Shown here one piece after another: positions 19,318 to 28,851 of a stretch of 64,000 nucleotides of DNA. The first letter of the stretch is position 1; every line of letters begins with the position of its first letter. The position numbers were made by a program, and so were the translations under genes. The DNA is from a bacterium (GTDB taxonomy: Bacteria > Patescibacteriota > Minisyncoccia > UBA6257 > UBA9933). Under the pieces are notes generated by a model, which worked only from the letters and a program-made list of their open reading frames with translations, had not been told where the DNA came from and ran no database searches. Location: contig JAJYHZ010000002.1 in the NCBI GenBank assembly GCA_021796335.1, positions 100,516 through 164,515 on the forward strand, read 5' to 3'.

Positions 19318-19974
19318 TTATTTTTTAAATTTCTTTTTCCACTCTTCTATTTTGGCGTGATTGCCGGATAATAAGATTTCCGGGATTTTATATTTTTTGT
19401 TTTTGAATTTTATTTCTGCCGGACGGGTATAAGTCGGGATGCCGACTCCATTTCTTTTTTCTTCCAAAGATTCTTCTTTTCCCAACACACCGGTAATTTT
19501 GCGGGAAATCGAATCAATTAGAACCATTGCCGCCAGTTCGCCTCCGGTTAGAACATACGGTCCGATAGAAATTTTTTCGGTTTTAATTTTCAAATCTTTC
19601 AGAATTTTTTCCACGCGTTCATCAACTCCTTCATAGCGGCCACAAACAAAAATTAAATGATCATTCTTTTTCGCAAATTGCTGGGATAGCTTGTCATCAA
19701 ATTTTTTACCAGCCGGAGAAAATATAATTACTTTGGATTTTTGGGATGGCTTGGTTTTCAAAATTGCTTTTGTAATCGGCTCGGCATACATAACCATGCC
19801 AGGACCGCCGCCAAACGGCCGATCATCAACTTTTTTATGTTTATCAGTCGTAAAATCGCGCAAATTATGGATTTTGATTGAAATAAGCTTGTTTTTTTGG
19901 GCACGCTTTAAAATAGACTCGTTTAGGTAAGAATCAAAAATGCCTGGAAATATTGTTATTATATCAAATCGCAT
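19318..19974 (-). CDS. trmD: tRNA (guanine-37-N1)-methyltransferase
   Basis: MRFDIITIFP, VDDRPFGGGPGMV, CGRYEGVDER and SIGPYVLTGGE. Confidence 0.97.
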   Translation of the reverse strand: MRFDIITIFPGIFDSYLNESILKRAQKNKLISIKIHNLRDFTTDKHKKVDDRPFGGGPGMVMYAEPITKAILKTKPSQKSKVIIFSPAGKKFDDKLSQQFAKKNDHLIFVCGRYEGVDERVEKILKDLKIKTEKISIGPYVLTGGELAAMVLIDSISRKITGVLGKEESLEEKRNGVGIPTYTRPAEIKFKNKKYKIPEILLSGNHAKIEEWKKKFKK

Positions 19975-20095
19975 AATTGGTTTTTTTATTATGTGGTCCG
20001 CCCGTAAACTTTGGTGGATGCTCAATTTTGAACCTCCCCGCAGCTGGCAAGTTCGGATAGAATTGGCAGAAAATTGTGATAATATCGAATTTCAT
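19964..20095 (-). other. 43-aa upstream ORF beginning with a second TrmD N-terminus (MKFDIITIF)
   Basis: Manual translation; its TGA stop overlaps trmD codons 3-4. Confidence 0.55.
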
Positions 20096-20127
20096 AATTT
20101 ATAAGTTATACTTTATACTAAATTATA

Positions 20128-20934
20128 ATGATTATCTACTTGTACGGTCCTGATTCATACCGCCGCCAGCAAAAATTAAATGAAATTAAAGAAAGCTATG
20201 GCTCAAAAAATTCCATTTTCTCGGTGGAAAATTTCAATATGGAAAATCCGGATGAAATTGAAAGATTAAAAGATTTTATTTTACAGCGAGGAATGTTCGA
20301 TTTAAAAAAAATGGCTGTTATTAAAAATATAAGCGAGTCGGGTTCCGAAGCATTGGAGAATTTAAAAAAACTTTTATTCGCAAATTTAAAAAATGAAAAT
20401 CTTATTTTAATTATTTTCGAAAACGGAAAATTGGCAAAAGATTTTGATTTTCTTTTAACAAATCCGGCAATTTCCCAGGAGTTTCAAAACTTATCCGGAG
20501 ATAAGCTGAAATTTTTCATAAATTCGGAGGCAAAAAAAAGAAATATCGAACTCCCAACAAAAGCAATAGAGTTTTTGGCTGATAATTTTACGAACAATAG
20601 TTGGGAAGTTATTAATGAGCTGGATAAATTACAATTTTTAAACTTAAAAAAATTAGATGTGAAGGATTTAGAAAAAATCATTGATTCCAATATTGAACCG
20701 AATATTTTCAAATTCACCGGAGCAATTTCAAAAAATTCTCCCGTACTTGCAAGGTTAATTTCTTTGGAAATGCTGTTTTTGGCGCAGGAAGAGCCGGCAA
20801 AAATTTTCAATATTCTGGCAAAAAATCCTTATTTAAATCTGAATCAGCTGAAAATTTTAGCCGACTATGACGTAGAAATAAAATCCGGAAAAATGGATTA
20901 CGAGACTGCGTTATTTGAATTAACTTTAATCTGA
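20128..20934 (+). CDS. holA: DNA polymerase III delta subunit
   Basis: MIIYLYGPDSYR, NELDKL, NIFKF and D.EIKSG. Confidence 0.85.
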   Translation: MIIYLYGPDSYRRQQKLNEIKESYGSKNSIFSVENFNMENPDEIERLKDFILQRGMFDLKKMAVIKNISESGSEALENLKKLLFANLKNENLILIIFENGKLAKDFDFLLTNPAISQEFQNLSGDKLKFFINSEAKKRNIELPTKAIEFLADNFTNNSWEVINELDKLQFLNLKKLDVKDLEKIIDSNIEPNIFKFTGAISKNSPVLARLISLEMLFLAQEEPAKIFNILAKNPYLNLNQLKILADYDVEIKSGKMDYETALFELTLI

Positions 20935-20952
20935 TTTTTCCAATAAGCCTGA

Positions 20953-20986
20953 AATGGTATACTATCACGTGTGATAGTATACCATT
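20953..20986. repeat. 34-bp near-perfect palindrome (TACTATCACG.GTGATAGTA family)
   Basis: AATGGTATACTATCAC-GT-GTGATAGTATACCATT between convergent genes. Confidence 0.8.
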
Positions 20987-20991
20987 AAATT

Positions 20992-21516
20992 TTAAAATAA
21001 TCCCAATTCTTTGAAGGCTTGCTGATAAATTTTAACAATATTGCGGGCTTCGTCGGAAGTTAAAATCAATTCTTCTTTTTTATTTATACGTTCACTCACC
21101 TGATGCGCTTTTAAAAGCTCGCTTAAATTGGAAACGTGTTCCTGTGTTAGATTATCGATTCTTTCATCCATTGATTTTCCGGAAATGTCTTTTTCTTTCA
21201 GAATTTCGAACAAAATTCTGTCACAGCTGGAAATGGCGGCGCGCAATTGATTGTCGCCGTCAATTTTTAAACGCTTCAGCACTTTTTGCCATTCCTGGTT
21301 CATCTTCAATTTGAACACATCGACTCCTTTAACATATTCTTTGTATTTTTCGGTTTTCGAAGAAACAACACGCATGCGATGTGATAAATAAATAATAAAA
21401 AATAGGGCGATTCCAGAGATTATCAACGCAAGCGAATTAAGAATCCAAAGATTGAATATGTAAAAATTTATCAGCCATTTTCCTATTGAGATAAAAAAAT
21501 CAAGTAATTCGATCAT
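20992..21516 (-). CDS. Hypothetical membrane-anchored protein
   Basis: N-terminal TM followed by a helical domain (AISSCD..L...L...G.SMDER). Confidence 0.7.
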   Translation of the reverse strand: MIELLDFFISIGKWLINFYIFNLWILNSLALIISGIALFFIIYLSHRMRVVSSKTEKYKEYVKGVDVFKLKMNQEWQKVLKRLKIDGDNQLRAAISSCDRILFEILKEKDISGKSMDERIDNLTQEHVSNLSELLKAHQVSERINKKEELILTSDEARNIVKIYQQAFKELGLF

Positions 21517-22948
21517 AGAATTGTCCCAAGCCTAAAATATCGGCTTCTTGAAACGGCTTTCCGATTAATTGAAATCCGACCGGTAGTTCTTTGTTTTTTT
21601 CGTATTTTCTGACTGGAATGGAAATTCCGGGTAGACCAGCTAAGTTAAGCGGAATCGTAAAAATATCGGATAAATACATTTTCAAGGGATCGGCTGTTTT
21701 TTCTCCGATTTTAAAAGCCGGCGTCGGGGAAACCGGAGTCAAGATTATGTCAACTTCTTTAAAGGCATCGTCAAAATCATTTCTAATCAAACGGCGGACT
21801 TTCTGCGCCTTTGAATAATAGGCGTCATAATAGCCTGATGATAAAACATAAGTTCCCAAAATGGCGCGACGGCGAGGTTCCGGACCGAATCCTTCGCCTT
21901 TTTGTTTTAAATAAATATCCAACAAATTGCGCGGCTCCAGATTTTTTAATCGCGAATATCTTATTCCGTCAAAGCGCGCCAAGTTTGCGCTAACTTCGGC
22001 AGTCATAATGATGTAGTAAACCGACAGCGCGTATTTTGTATGAGGCAGGCTGATTTCTTTAATTTCGATTCCCAAACTTTTTATTTTATCAATCGCCTTT
22101 TCAATTTCTTTTTTGGCGTAATCATCCAGGCCTTCGATAAAATATTCTTTCGGCAGCCCGACCTTCAGTTTTTTAATATTTTCCAATTTCGGGTTTAACA
22201 ATTCATCGCCGTATTTTGCATCAACACTGGTGGAATCCAATTTATCTTTTCCGGCAATTGATTTGAATAAGATAGCGGCATCTTCAACAGTTTTGGCTAT
22301 CGGCCCGATCTGGTCCAAACTGGAAGCCATAGCAATCAAGCCGAAACGGGAAACCGCGCCGTAAGTCGGCTTAAGTCCGACCACTCCGCAAAAGCTGGCT
22401 GGCTGGCGGATAGATCCACCAGTATCAGACCCAAGCGCGGCAATAGCCATAGAAGAAGCAACAGCCGCTGCGGAACCGCCCGATGATCCGCCGGGAACTC
22501 TTTCCAAGTCATAAGGATTTTTGGTTTTTTTAAAGGCTGAATTTTCAGTGGACGAACCCATGGCAAATTCATCCATATTGGTTTTTCCCAAAAATACGGC
22601 TTTTTCATTTTCTAATTTTGTAATGATAGTCGCGTCATAAGAAGCAGTGTAATTTTCAAGCATTTTGGAAGCAGCTGTTGACGGCAAACCTTTTATCAAA
22701 ATATTGTCCTTAATTGCCAGCGGCACGCCGGTTAATTCACTTATGTCTTCTTCTTTGGCAATTGCCAAGTCAGCCGCTTCGGCCTGCTTGAAAGCAAAAT
22801 CTTTATTCAAACTCAAATAAGCTTCGATTTCTTTATCCTTATCATTTATATAATCAAAAAATTCCTTGGTGATTTCCAAGGCGGAGAATTTTTTTTTCTT
22901 TAAACCTTCGTGAAATTTTTTGATAGTTAGATCGTGCAAGAATTCCAT
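21500..22948 (-). CDS. gatA: Asp/Glu-tRNA amidotransferase subunit A
   Basis: [26 protein letters not shown] and [12 protein letters not shown]. Confidence 0.97.
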   Translation of the reverse strand: MEFLHDLTIKKFHEGLKKKKFSALEITKEFFDYINDKDKEIEAYLSLNKDFAFKQAEAADLAIAKEEDISELTGVPLAIKDNILIKGLPSTAASKMLENYTASYDATIITKLENEKAVFLGKTNMDEFAMGSSTENSAFKKTKNPYDLERVPGGSSGGSAAAVASSMAIAALGSDTGGSIRQPASFCGVVGLKPTYGAVSRFGLIAMASSLDQIGPIAKTVEDAAILFKSIAGKDKLDSTSVDAKYGDELLNPKLENIKKLKVGLPKEYFIEGLDDYAKKEIEKAIDKIKSLGIEIKEISLPHTKYALSVYYIIMTAEVSANLARFDGIRYSRLKNLEPRNLLDIYLKQKGEGFGPEPRRRAILGTYVLSSGYYDAYYSKAQKVRRLIRNDFDDAFKEVDIILTPVSPTPAFKIGEKTADPLKMYLSDIFTIPLNLAGLPGISIPVRKYEKNKELPVGFQLIGKPFQEADILGLGQFYDRIT

Positions 22949-22949
22949 A

Positions 22950-23252
22950 TTATTCAAATACTGGGGGGACTTTTAAGAATCTCTTTTCTTTTTCCGGAAA
23001 AGCTTCGATCAAATCTTCATCAGTGGCATTAATTTCTTTTCTGATTGGATCGTCATCATTTCGAAATACGTTTTTTTGAATTGTGCCGCCAGTCATTGGC
23101 TCGATATTGGAAACATCAACTTCTTTGAGCTGATTAAAATATTCCAAAATTTCCTCAACGTCTTTGAGTAATTTTTTCTCTTCGTGCTCGCTAAGCTTGA
23201 TTCTGGCAAGTTCAGCCAAATGTTTTAGTTCTTTTTCAGTAATTAAAGCCAT
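22950..23252 (-). CDS. gatC: Asp/Glu-tRNA amidotransferase subunit C
   Basis: LKHLAELARI, ILEYFNQLKEVD and FLKVPPVF; adjacent to gatA. Confidence 0.93.
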   Translation of the reverse strand: MALITEKELKHLAELARIKLSEHEEKKLLKDVEEILEYFNQLKEVDVSNIEPMTGGTIQKNVFRNDDDPIRKEINATDEDLIEAFPEKEKRFLKVPPVFE

Positions 23253-23291
23253 ATTAAAAATAATAAGGAAAATTGAGCTTAAATACAACTA

Positions 23292-23319
23292 TTGACAAAT
23301 CTAGGAATAGAAGTATAAT
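23292..23319 (+). promoter_or_regulatory. Consensus sigma70 promoter
   Basis: TTGACA-N16-TATAAT upstream of 23350. Confidence 0.75.
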
Positions 23320-23349
23320 TATTTCAGAAACTTTAAGGAGGAGGAGATA

Positions 23350-23493
23350 ATGTCAGAGAAAAAGACCGATGAAGATCTATTGTCGGCCGTAATGAAGAGC
23401 ATTCCTTATAATGCGCTCTTCTGGCTCATTATAATAATAATCGGCGCCATCTTCTTCAAGGGGCATGGCTGGGATGGAACGCCTCCTTTCTAA
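23350..23493 (+). CDS. 47-aa single-TM small protein (not in ORF track)
   Basis: MSEKKTDEDLLSAVMKSIPYNALFWLIIIIIGAIFFKGHGWDGTPPF; AAGGAGGAGGAG SD, promoter upstream, hairpin plus T-run downstream. Confidence 0.75.
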   Translation: MSEKKTDEDLLSAVMKSIPYNALFWLIIIIIGAIFFKGHGWDGTPPF

Positions 23494-23508
23494 ATCTAGT
23501 TTCGTACT

Positions 23509-23538
23509 GGGCCGCCCAAAAGGTGGCCTTCTTTTTTA
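23509..23538 (+). terminator. Intrinsic terminator
   Basis: GGCCGCC-CAAAA-GGTGGCC followed by TTCTTTTTT. Confidence 0.7.
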
Positions 23539-23544
23539 GATTAA

Positions 23545-24192
23545 TTAGAATAATTCTGATTTAGAAATTTCTGTTCTAATTCTCCTTAAAATAATTTCCG
23601 GTCCAGTTTGATTTACAATTTCCCAGGCGCGACGATACCCTTTTGAAATATAAGTTGTAATAAATTTATTTATAAATTTTTCTCCGTATAAATTAAGCGC
23701 AATTTCTTTTTCCAAAGCAAGCACGGGAATGTGACGGCAAACAATTTCATTTTCTTTTTCAAATTCCTGTTGGAAAAATTTCCACAAACTATCGTTGGTA
23801 GAAGAAATTAATTTATGGAAAATTTCATGAGCCAGAATTATAGCAAGTTCTTCTCTAGAATAAGCTCGGCCAGTAGAATTTTCCGAAATAACAATGGTTA
23901 GTGGCTCAGAAATTCCACGAAAAATCGGATTGCGTCCAACAACATAACAATCAAATTTCTCCTGGTTTATTTCAAATCCAGTTAAATTTTTATAAGAGGT
24001 GAAAATTTTTTCAGAAACTCTTTGCCATTCTTTTTCCAGTTCCTCGATTGATTGCCGAATTTTTATAAAAGACGGATAAAATCCTTTGTAATAATCGGCG
24101 TGATTGGTTTTGTACTCATCAAAAATTTTCCGAAATGATTCGTCGAAAATTTTTGAGTAAATGAAATTTATTTGAGGAAAATTTAATTCCAT
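23545..24192 (-). CDS. Putative zinc metallopeptidase-like protein (HEXXH)
   Basis: GISEPLTI and ILAHEIFH motifs. Confidence 0.6.
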   Translation of the reverse strand: MELNFPQINFIYSKIFDESFRKIFDEYKTNHADYYKGFYPSFIKIRQSIEELEKEWQRVSEKIFTSYKNLTGFEINQEKFDCYVVGRNPIFRGISEPLTIVISENSTGRAYSREELAIILAHEIFHKLISSTNDSLWKFFQQEFEKENEIVCRHIPVLALEKEIALNLYGEKFINKFITTYISKGYRRAWEIVNQTGPEIILRRIRTEISKSELF

Positions 24193-24289
24193 TTAATTCT
24201 GCAGGATGATAAATATTTTTTGTATGCTACTGCGTGTAGCAATAATACTGCATACAATAGCAGCTTAAGTAATTTTTAATAACCCACAG

Positions 24290-24323
24290 TTTTGTCTACT
24301 ATCACGCGTGATAGTAGACAAAA
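24290..24323. repeat. 34-bp perfect palindrome (TACTATCACG.GTGATAGTA family)
   Basis: TTTTGTCTACTATCACGCGTGATAGTAGACAAAA. Confidence 0.85.
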
Positions 24324-24354
24324 ACCGAATATATAATAAGGATGATTAGAATAA

Positions 24355-25167
24355 TTAAATATTGAAAACTTTTTGGGCGTTTGCGGTAGTGGCCAAACAA
24401 ACTTCTTCAAAAGAAATGTTTTTTATTTCCGCCATTTTTTTAGCAACTTCAATGATATAAGCCGGTTCATTTCGCTTGCCGCGATACGGTTCCGGAGAAA
24501 CGTACGGCGCATCGGTTTCCAATAAAATTTTTTCAAACGGAATTATTTTTATAATTTCATCAAAAGATCTGTTAAAAGTTATTAGTCCGCCAAAAGTAAA
24601 ATAGAATCCCAATCTTAACAATTTTTCGGCATTTCCTTTAGTACCAGTAAAAAAATGAATAATGCCTGGAGGATTGTTTAGGGGGTGATTTGCCAGAATT
24701 TCAATCAAATCATCAAATGCATTTGCGCCACCCCGCTGAACAGGGTAATCGCTCTCAGCGCGGCAATGGATTATTAGCGGCTTTTGGACATCATTGGCTA
24801 ATTTTATGTGATTAATAAAGGTATTTTTCTGAATTTGCTTATTATCTTCAGAAATCGGATCCTCAGGAGGTCTTTTATAATATTCTAACCCACATTCGCC
24901 GATAGCCACAACCTTCGGATTTATCGCCAAATTTTTATAAAATTCATAATTAAATTCTTCTCGCTCAGTCGGATGCTGGCCGACTGCGGCATAAATTCCC
25001 TGCGGATATTTTTCAGCTAATTCGACCGCTTGTTGCGACGATTTTGAATCAGCGCCGGCGTTTATCATCCAGATTTTTTGGTTAAAAGCGCGTTTGATAA
25101 CTTCGGCGCGGTCTTGATCGAATTGCGGAAATTGCACATGGGTATGCGAATCAAAAATTTTTGGCAT
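24355..25167 (-). CDS. tatD: TatD-family hydrolase
   Basis: DSHTH, AIGECGL, IIHCR, HFFTG, LLETDAPY and RGKRNEP. Confidence 0.93.
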   Translation of the reverse strand: MPKIFDSHTHVQFPQFDQDRAEVIKRAFNQKIWMINAGADSKSSQQAVELAEKYPQGIYAAVGQHPTEREEFNYEFYKNLAINPKVVAIGECGLEYYKRPPEDPISEDNKQIQKNTFINHIKLANDVQKPLIIHCRAESDYPVQRGGANAFDDLIEILANHPLNNPPGIIHFFTGTKGNAEKLLRLGFYFTFGGLITFNRSFDEIIKIIPFEKILLETDAPYVSPEPYRGKRNEPAYIIEVAKKMAEIKNISFEEVCLATTANAQKVFNI

Positions 25168-25176
25168 AAATTTTAA

Positions 25177-26643
25177 TCAGATCCTCGGAAAAATATTTTC
25201 TCCTTTGGAAATTTTATAAACGTTTCCGGATTTTTTTATATTGCTTAAAATTATGTCGGATACTTGAGGAAGAAAAGGAGAGATAAACTTCGCGATATTT
25301 TTTAAGATGCAGACAAGGTTGGCGATTTCTCTTTTTTTATTTTGGGGATTTTCCCATGGTTTGGCATCGTTTACATAAATATCGCCAAATCTGATTAAAT
25401 CCCAAATTGCAATTAATGCTTCATGCAATTTAAATTCGTTAATTTTCTTATCAATGTTTTTTTCAGTTTCTTTTATTTTCTGCCATAAATTTTCTTCCGG
25501 ATTATCAATTTCAGTTGCTAAAATTTCCGGATAGTTTTTGCTCGCCAAAGTTAAAACGCGAGCGGTAAAATTTCCCAGTCCATTGGCTAATTCGCCGTTG
25601 TATCTTTCTTTAAATTTCTCTTCGGAAAAATCGCCGTCTTCAGTGGAAGGGATTTCGCGCAACAAGTAATACCTAACGGCATCGGTCCCGTATTTTACGG
25701 CCAAATCGCCCGGAGAAATCACATTGCCAATGGTTTTTGACATTTTTTGGCCGTTTACGGTGATCCAGCCGTGAGTATAAATGCTTTTGGGCAACGGAAG
25801 TTCGATAGACATTAATATTGCCGGCCAAATGAGCGCATGAAATTTTAGAATATCTTTCCCGATTAAATGCACATCGACGGGCCAGAATTCATGGAATTGT
25901 TCGCGACTTTCCTTATTATCCCTACCAAATCCGATGCCGGTTAAATAGTTGGGGAGGGCATCTATCCAGACATAAATGGTTTGAGTGTCGTCATCGGGCA
26001 CCGGAATACCCCAGGGAGCGCGTTCCCGCGACCGGGAGACGCTTATGTCTTCCAAGCCGCCGTTAATCAAACTCAAAATTTCATGCTTGCGGCCGGCGGG
26101 GACAATTTTGATTTCGTCATTTAAAATTTTTTCCTTGATTCGATTTCCGTATTCCGACAGGCGAAAAAAATAATTTTCTTCTTCGATAATCTCAGGCTCT
26201 TTTAAGTGATCGGGGCACTTGCCGTTAACCAGATCTTTTTCGGTCAAGAACGCCTCGCAGCCGACACAATAAAGGCCTTGATAGGATCTTTTATAAATAT
26301 CTCCGTTTTGCTTAAGAGCGCGCCACAACTTGAAAACTCCATGCCAGTGATTTTCCCTGTCTGTGGTGCGGATAAATTTATCCCACGATAAGTTTAAAAG
26401 TTTTTTTAAGCTTTTAAAATCTTCGGCGATTTTATCAACAAAATTTTGGGTATCCATTTTTAAGGACTGCGCCGCCCTTAAATTTTTTGTGCCGTGTTCA
26501 TCGGTCCCGGTCAAGAAAAAAACTTTTTCTTTTCTGTTCCTGTGATAGCGTGCCAAAACATCGGCCTGAATTTTTTCCAAAGCATGGCCGATATGGGGCG
26601 AATTATTCGCATAATCGATTGCGGTGGTTATATAAAATTTCAT
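25177..26643 (-). CDS. metG: Methionine--tRNA ligase
   Basis: FYITTAIDY, PHIGH, LTGTDEHG, YVWIDAL and KMSKT. Confidence 0.97.
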   Translation of the reverse strand: MKFYITTAIDYANNSPHIGHALEKIQADVLARYHRNRKEKVFFLTGTDEHGTKNLRAAQSLKMDTQNFVDKIAEDFKSLKKLLNLSWDKFIRTTDRENHWHGVFKLWRALKQNGDIYKRSYQGLYCVGCEAFLTEKDLVNGKCPDHLKEPEIIEEENYFFRLSEYGNRIKEKILNDEIKIVPAGRKHEILSLINGGLEDISVSRSRERAPWGIPVPDDDTQTIYVWIDALPNYLTGIGFGRDNKESREQFHEFWPVDVHLIGKDILKFHALIWPAILMSIELPLPKSIYTHGWITVNGQKMSKTIGNVISPGDLAVKYGTDAVRYYLLREIPSTEDGDFSEEKFKERYNGELANGLGNFTARVLTLASKNYPEILATEIDNPEENLWQKIKETEKNIDKKINEFKLHEALIAIWDLIRFGDIYVNDAKPWENPQNKKREIANLVCILKNIAKFISPFLPQVSDIILSNIKKSGNVYKISKGENIFPRI

Positions 26644-26714
26644 ATGAAATAAAATATTTACGCTTTATATGGAAAATCGGAATGCAAAACAAGCGGAGAA
26701 CCGGATATTTAATT

Positions 26715-27734
26715 CTACCTGATAACGGCCTGATTGGCATATTTACGGGCAGTGTAGTCTTCAATCAATTCCTGAACAACAACCACAAAAGGAATCGCCA
26801 AAATAACTCCTATAAATCCGGCGATTTGCGATCCGGCTAAAATAGAAATAACGACAATTACGGGATGGATACCCGTTGTTTTGCGCATAACAATCGGGAC
26901 CAGCAGATGGCTTTCGGATTGCTGAATTATCAGAAATAAAATAATAGTGGCCAAGCCTAAATTAAATGACTGGGATACGGCAACGGCAAAAGCCAGGGCG
27001 CCGGAAACAATCGGACCGACGAAAGGAATGATTTCAAAAAATCCGGCAACTACGCCTAAAACCAGACTGTAATTAACTCCTAAAATCGCCAATCCGACAA
27101 AAGTCAAAACGGCAATTATTAAACTTAAAATAATTTGACCTTCAAACCATTTCCCGATTTTCTTTTTTGTGCGATGAAAAACATTAACGGCGTAATTTTC
27201 ATAAGTCAGCGGAAGAACGGCGCGCAGAAAATTCTCGATTCCGTCCTTATAATAGGCAAGATAAAGGGAGGTGATTAAAAGGGCAATCATATAAATGGCA
27301 TTTTCAAAAAACTGCGGAATGAAATTGATGACTGAATAATCGCCGTTTATAATGGAATTAGCCAAAGTATTTAAACTAATTTCGATATTTTGGGTTATTT
27401 TGGAAATTCCGAACAATCCTCCCAATGCCGCTCCAACTTTATCAAAATTGGAAAATAAATCTTTAAATTCGATAATGGCCAAGGGAATTATCGTGTAGGC
27501 GATAATAATGATTATTGCCGCAACGAAAATAATAATAAATAAAATTCCTAAAAGGCGCGGAATTTTTTTCTTTTCAAGATAATTAAGCGGAGTATCCAGA
27601 ACCGAAGAAATTATGATAGCAAAAAAAAGAAGCGCCAGAATATTGCGCACATAAAAGAGGCCGACGGCAAGCACTCCCATCAAGAATACCCGCCAAAGCG
27701 AAAGCCAGGTAATTTCTATTTTCATGCGATCCAT
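26715..27734 (-). CDS. AI-2E family transporter
   Basis: KWFEGQ, EIIPFVGP, QQSESHLLVP and GIHPV. Confidence 0.88.
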   Translation of the reverse strand: MDRMKIEITWLSLWRVFLMGVLAVGLFYVRNILALLFFAIIISSVLDTPLNYLEKKKIPRLLGILFIIIFVAAIIIIIAYTIIPLAIIEFKDLFSNFDKVGAALGGLFGISKITQNIEISLNTLANSIINGDYSVINFIPQFFENAIYMIALLITSLYLAYYKDGIENFLRAVLPLTYENYAVNVFHRTKKKIGKWFEGQIILSLIIAVLTFVGLAILGVNYSLVLGVVAGFFEIIPFVGPIVSGALAFAVAVSQSFNLGLATIILFLIIQQSESHLLVPIVMRKTTGIHPVIVVISILAGSQIAGFIGVILAIPFVVVVQELIEDYTARKYANQAVIR

Positions 27735-27818
27735 TAGCTATATTGTAGTTTATACAAATCGCTTTTTCAAATAAAAAGCCCGGTAAAATTACCAGGCCCC
27801 TAGCTACCGGCAATATAA

Positions 27819-28043
27819 TTATTCTCTAAAGCATTTGAGGCAGGTCCCGCACTGAGGACAGTAATTTATTCTTATGGTTTCTATTCCTCCTGTTGCAGGA
27901 TCCTCAGTCTCTATGAATTCAAAAAGTGACAATGCCAATTTGCAGCATGGGCGCAATTCTCCCCTGTTTGGGAAATTGCGGAATTCTCTCCACAATTCCT
28001 CCGATAATGGATCTGCCTTTCGATCATTTCTTTCTTTACCCAT
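27819..28043 (-). CDS. Small Cys-rich protein (CC...CPxCG), paralog 1
   Basis: 74 aa with an SD-like GAGG; homologous to 28188..28430. Confidence 0.7.
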   Translation of the reverse strand: MGKERNDRKADPLSEELWREFRNFPNRGELRPCCKLALSLFEFIETEDPATGGIETIRINYCPQCGTCLKCFRE

Positions 28044-28187
28044 GACAGCCCTCCTTTCATTAGGCTGCTGTAAAAGTTAATACTGGAAAGTTTTAATATT
28101 CTAATTCAATTAAACCGCTGTTTTATTTTTTAGTCAACAAGAAACACGTATGGAAAAAGGCCGGATGACCGGCCTTTTAAAAATTAC

Positions 28188-28430
28188 TTATTCGTATTTC
28201 TTGCGGAAAGGAGACAGTAGCCTTCCGCAAGCTGGGCAAATATCGATCCAATAATGCCTTACTTCGCTACCATTGGTGAATCTTACCCGACCTTTGTAGC
28301 CGAGCATAAACAAACAACACGGCCCTAATTCCTCTACTCTTTCAGCAGATTTAAAATCTTCCCACAATTCCAGAGAAGCCTTGTCATCACCTATGCTGTC
28401 ACTAAGCGGACGGAAATTATCTTCAGGCAC
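28188..28430 (-). CDS. Small Cys-rich protein (CC...CPxCG), paralog 2
   Basis: 80 aa with an AAAGGAGG SD and GTG start. Confidence 0.7.
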   Translation of the reverse strand: MPEDNFRPLSDSIGDDKASLELWEDFKSAERVEELGPCCLFMLGYKGRVRFTNGSEVRHYWIDICPACGRLLSPFRKKYE

Positions 28431-28501
28431 AAAAGTCGCCTCCTTTCAGTTAAATGATAAATGCTATAACTATTTAAACATATATAGAAAATCAGTCAAT
28501 G

Positions 28502-28542
28502 TCGGGCTGCCCGGTAATGCTCCGAGGCCTCCCTCTCCAGAG
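28502..28542 (-). other. Putative tRNA 3'-half remnant
   Basis: CTCTGGAGAGGGAGGC-CTCGG-AGCATTA-CCGGG-CAGCCCGA resembles a T-arm plus Pro-type acceptor 3' strand; no 5' half present. Confidence 0.4.
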
Positions 28543-28557
28543 AATCGTTATTAAAAG

Positions 28558-28629
28558 TCGGGCCAGTGGGAGTCGAACCCACCGTCACACCCACCCCAAG
28601 GGCGTATGTTGCCGCTACACTATGGCCCG
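28558..28629 (-). tRNA. tRNA-Pro(GGG)
   Basis: CGGGCCA...TGGCCCGA; anticodon arm CGCCC-TTGGGGT-GGGTG; T-arm GTGGG-TTCGACT-CCCAC. Confidence 0.92.
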
Positions 28630-28851
28630 ATTATGGAAATTGCAGATTCTCATTCGAGCAAATACTTTTGCTCGAATCCATGATGCATACTACTTTTATA
28701 CTACAGCCCGTTAGAAAATTAATTTCAAGAAGTTGTTCGCAACCAGAAGACGCTTATTTCTTTTATAAACGCCGCTAATATTGATTGGCTTTCGGTGCGG
28801 GATTTCGTTTCACCTTGACCAAAAATCTCACTCATTCTTATTGGCGAAACT

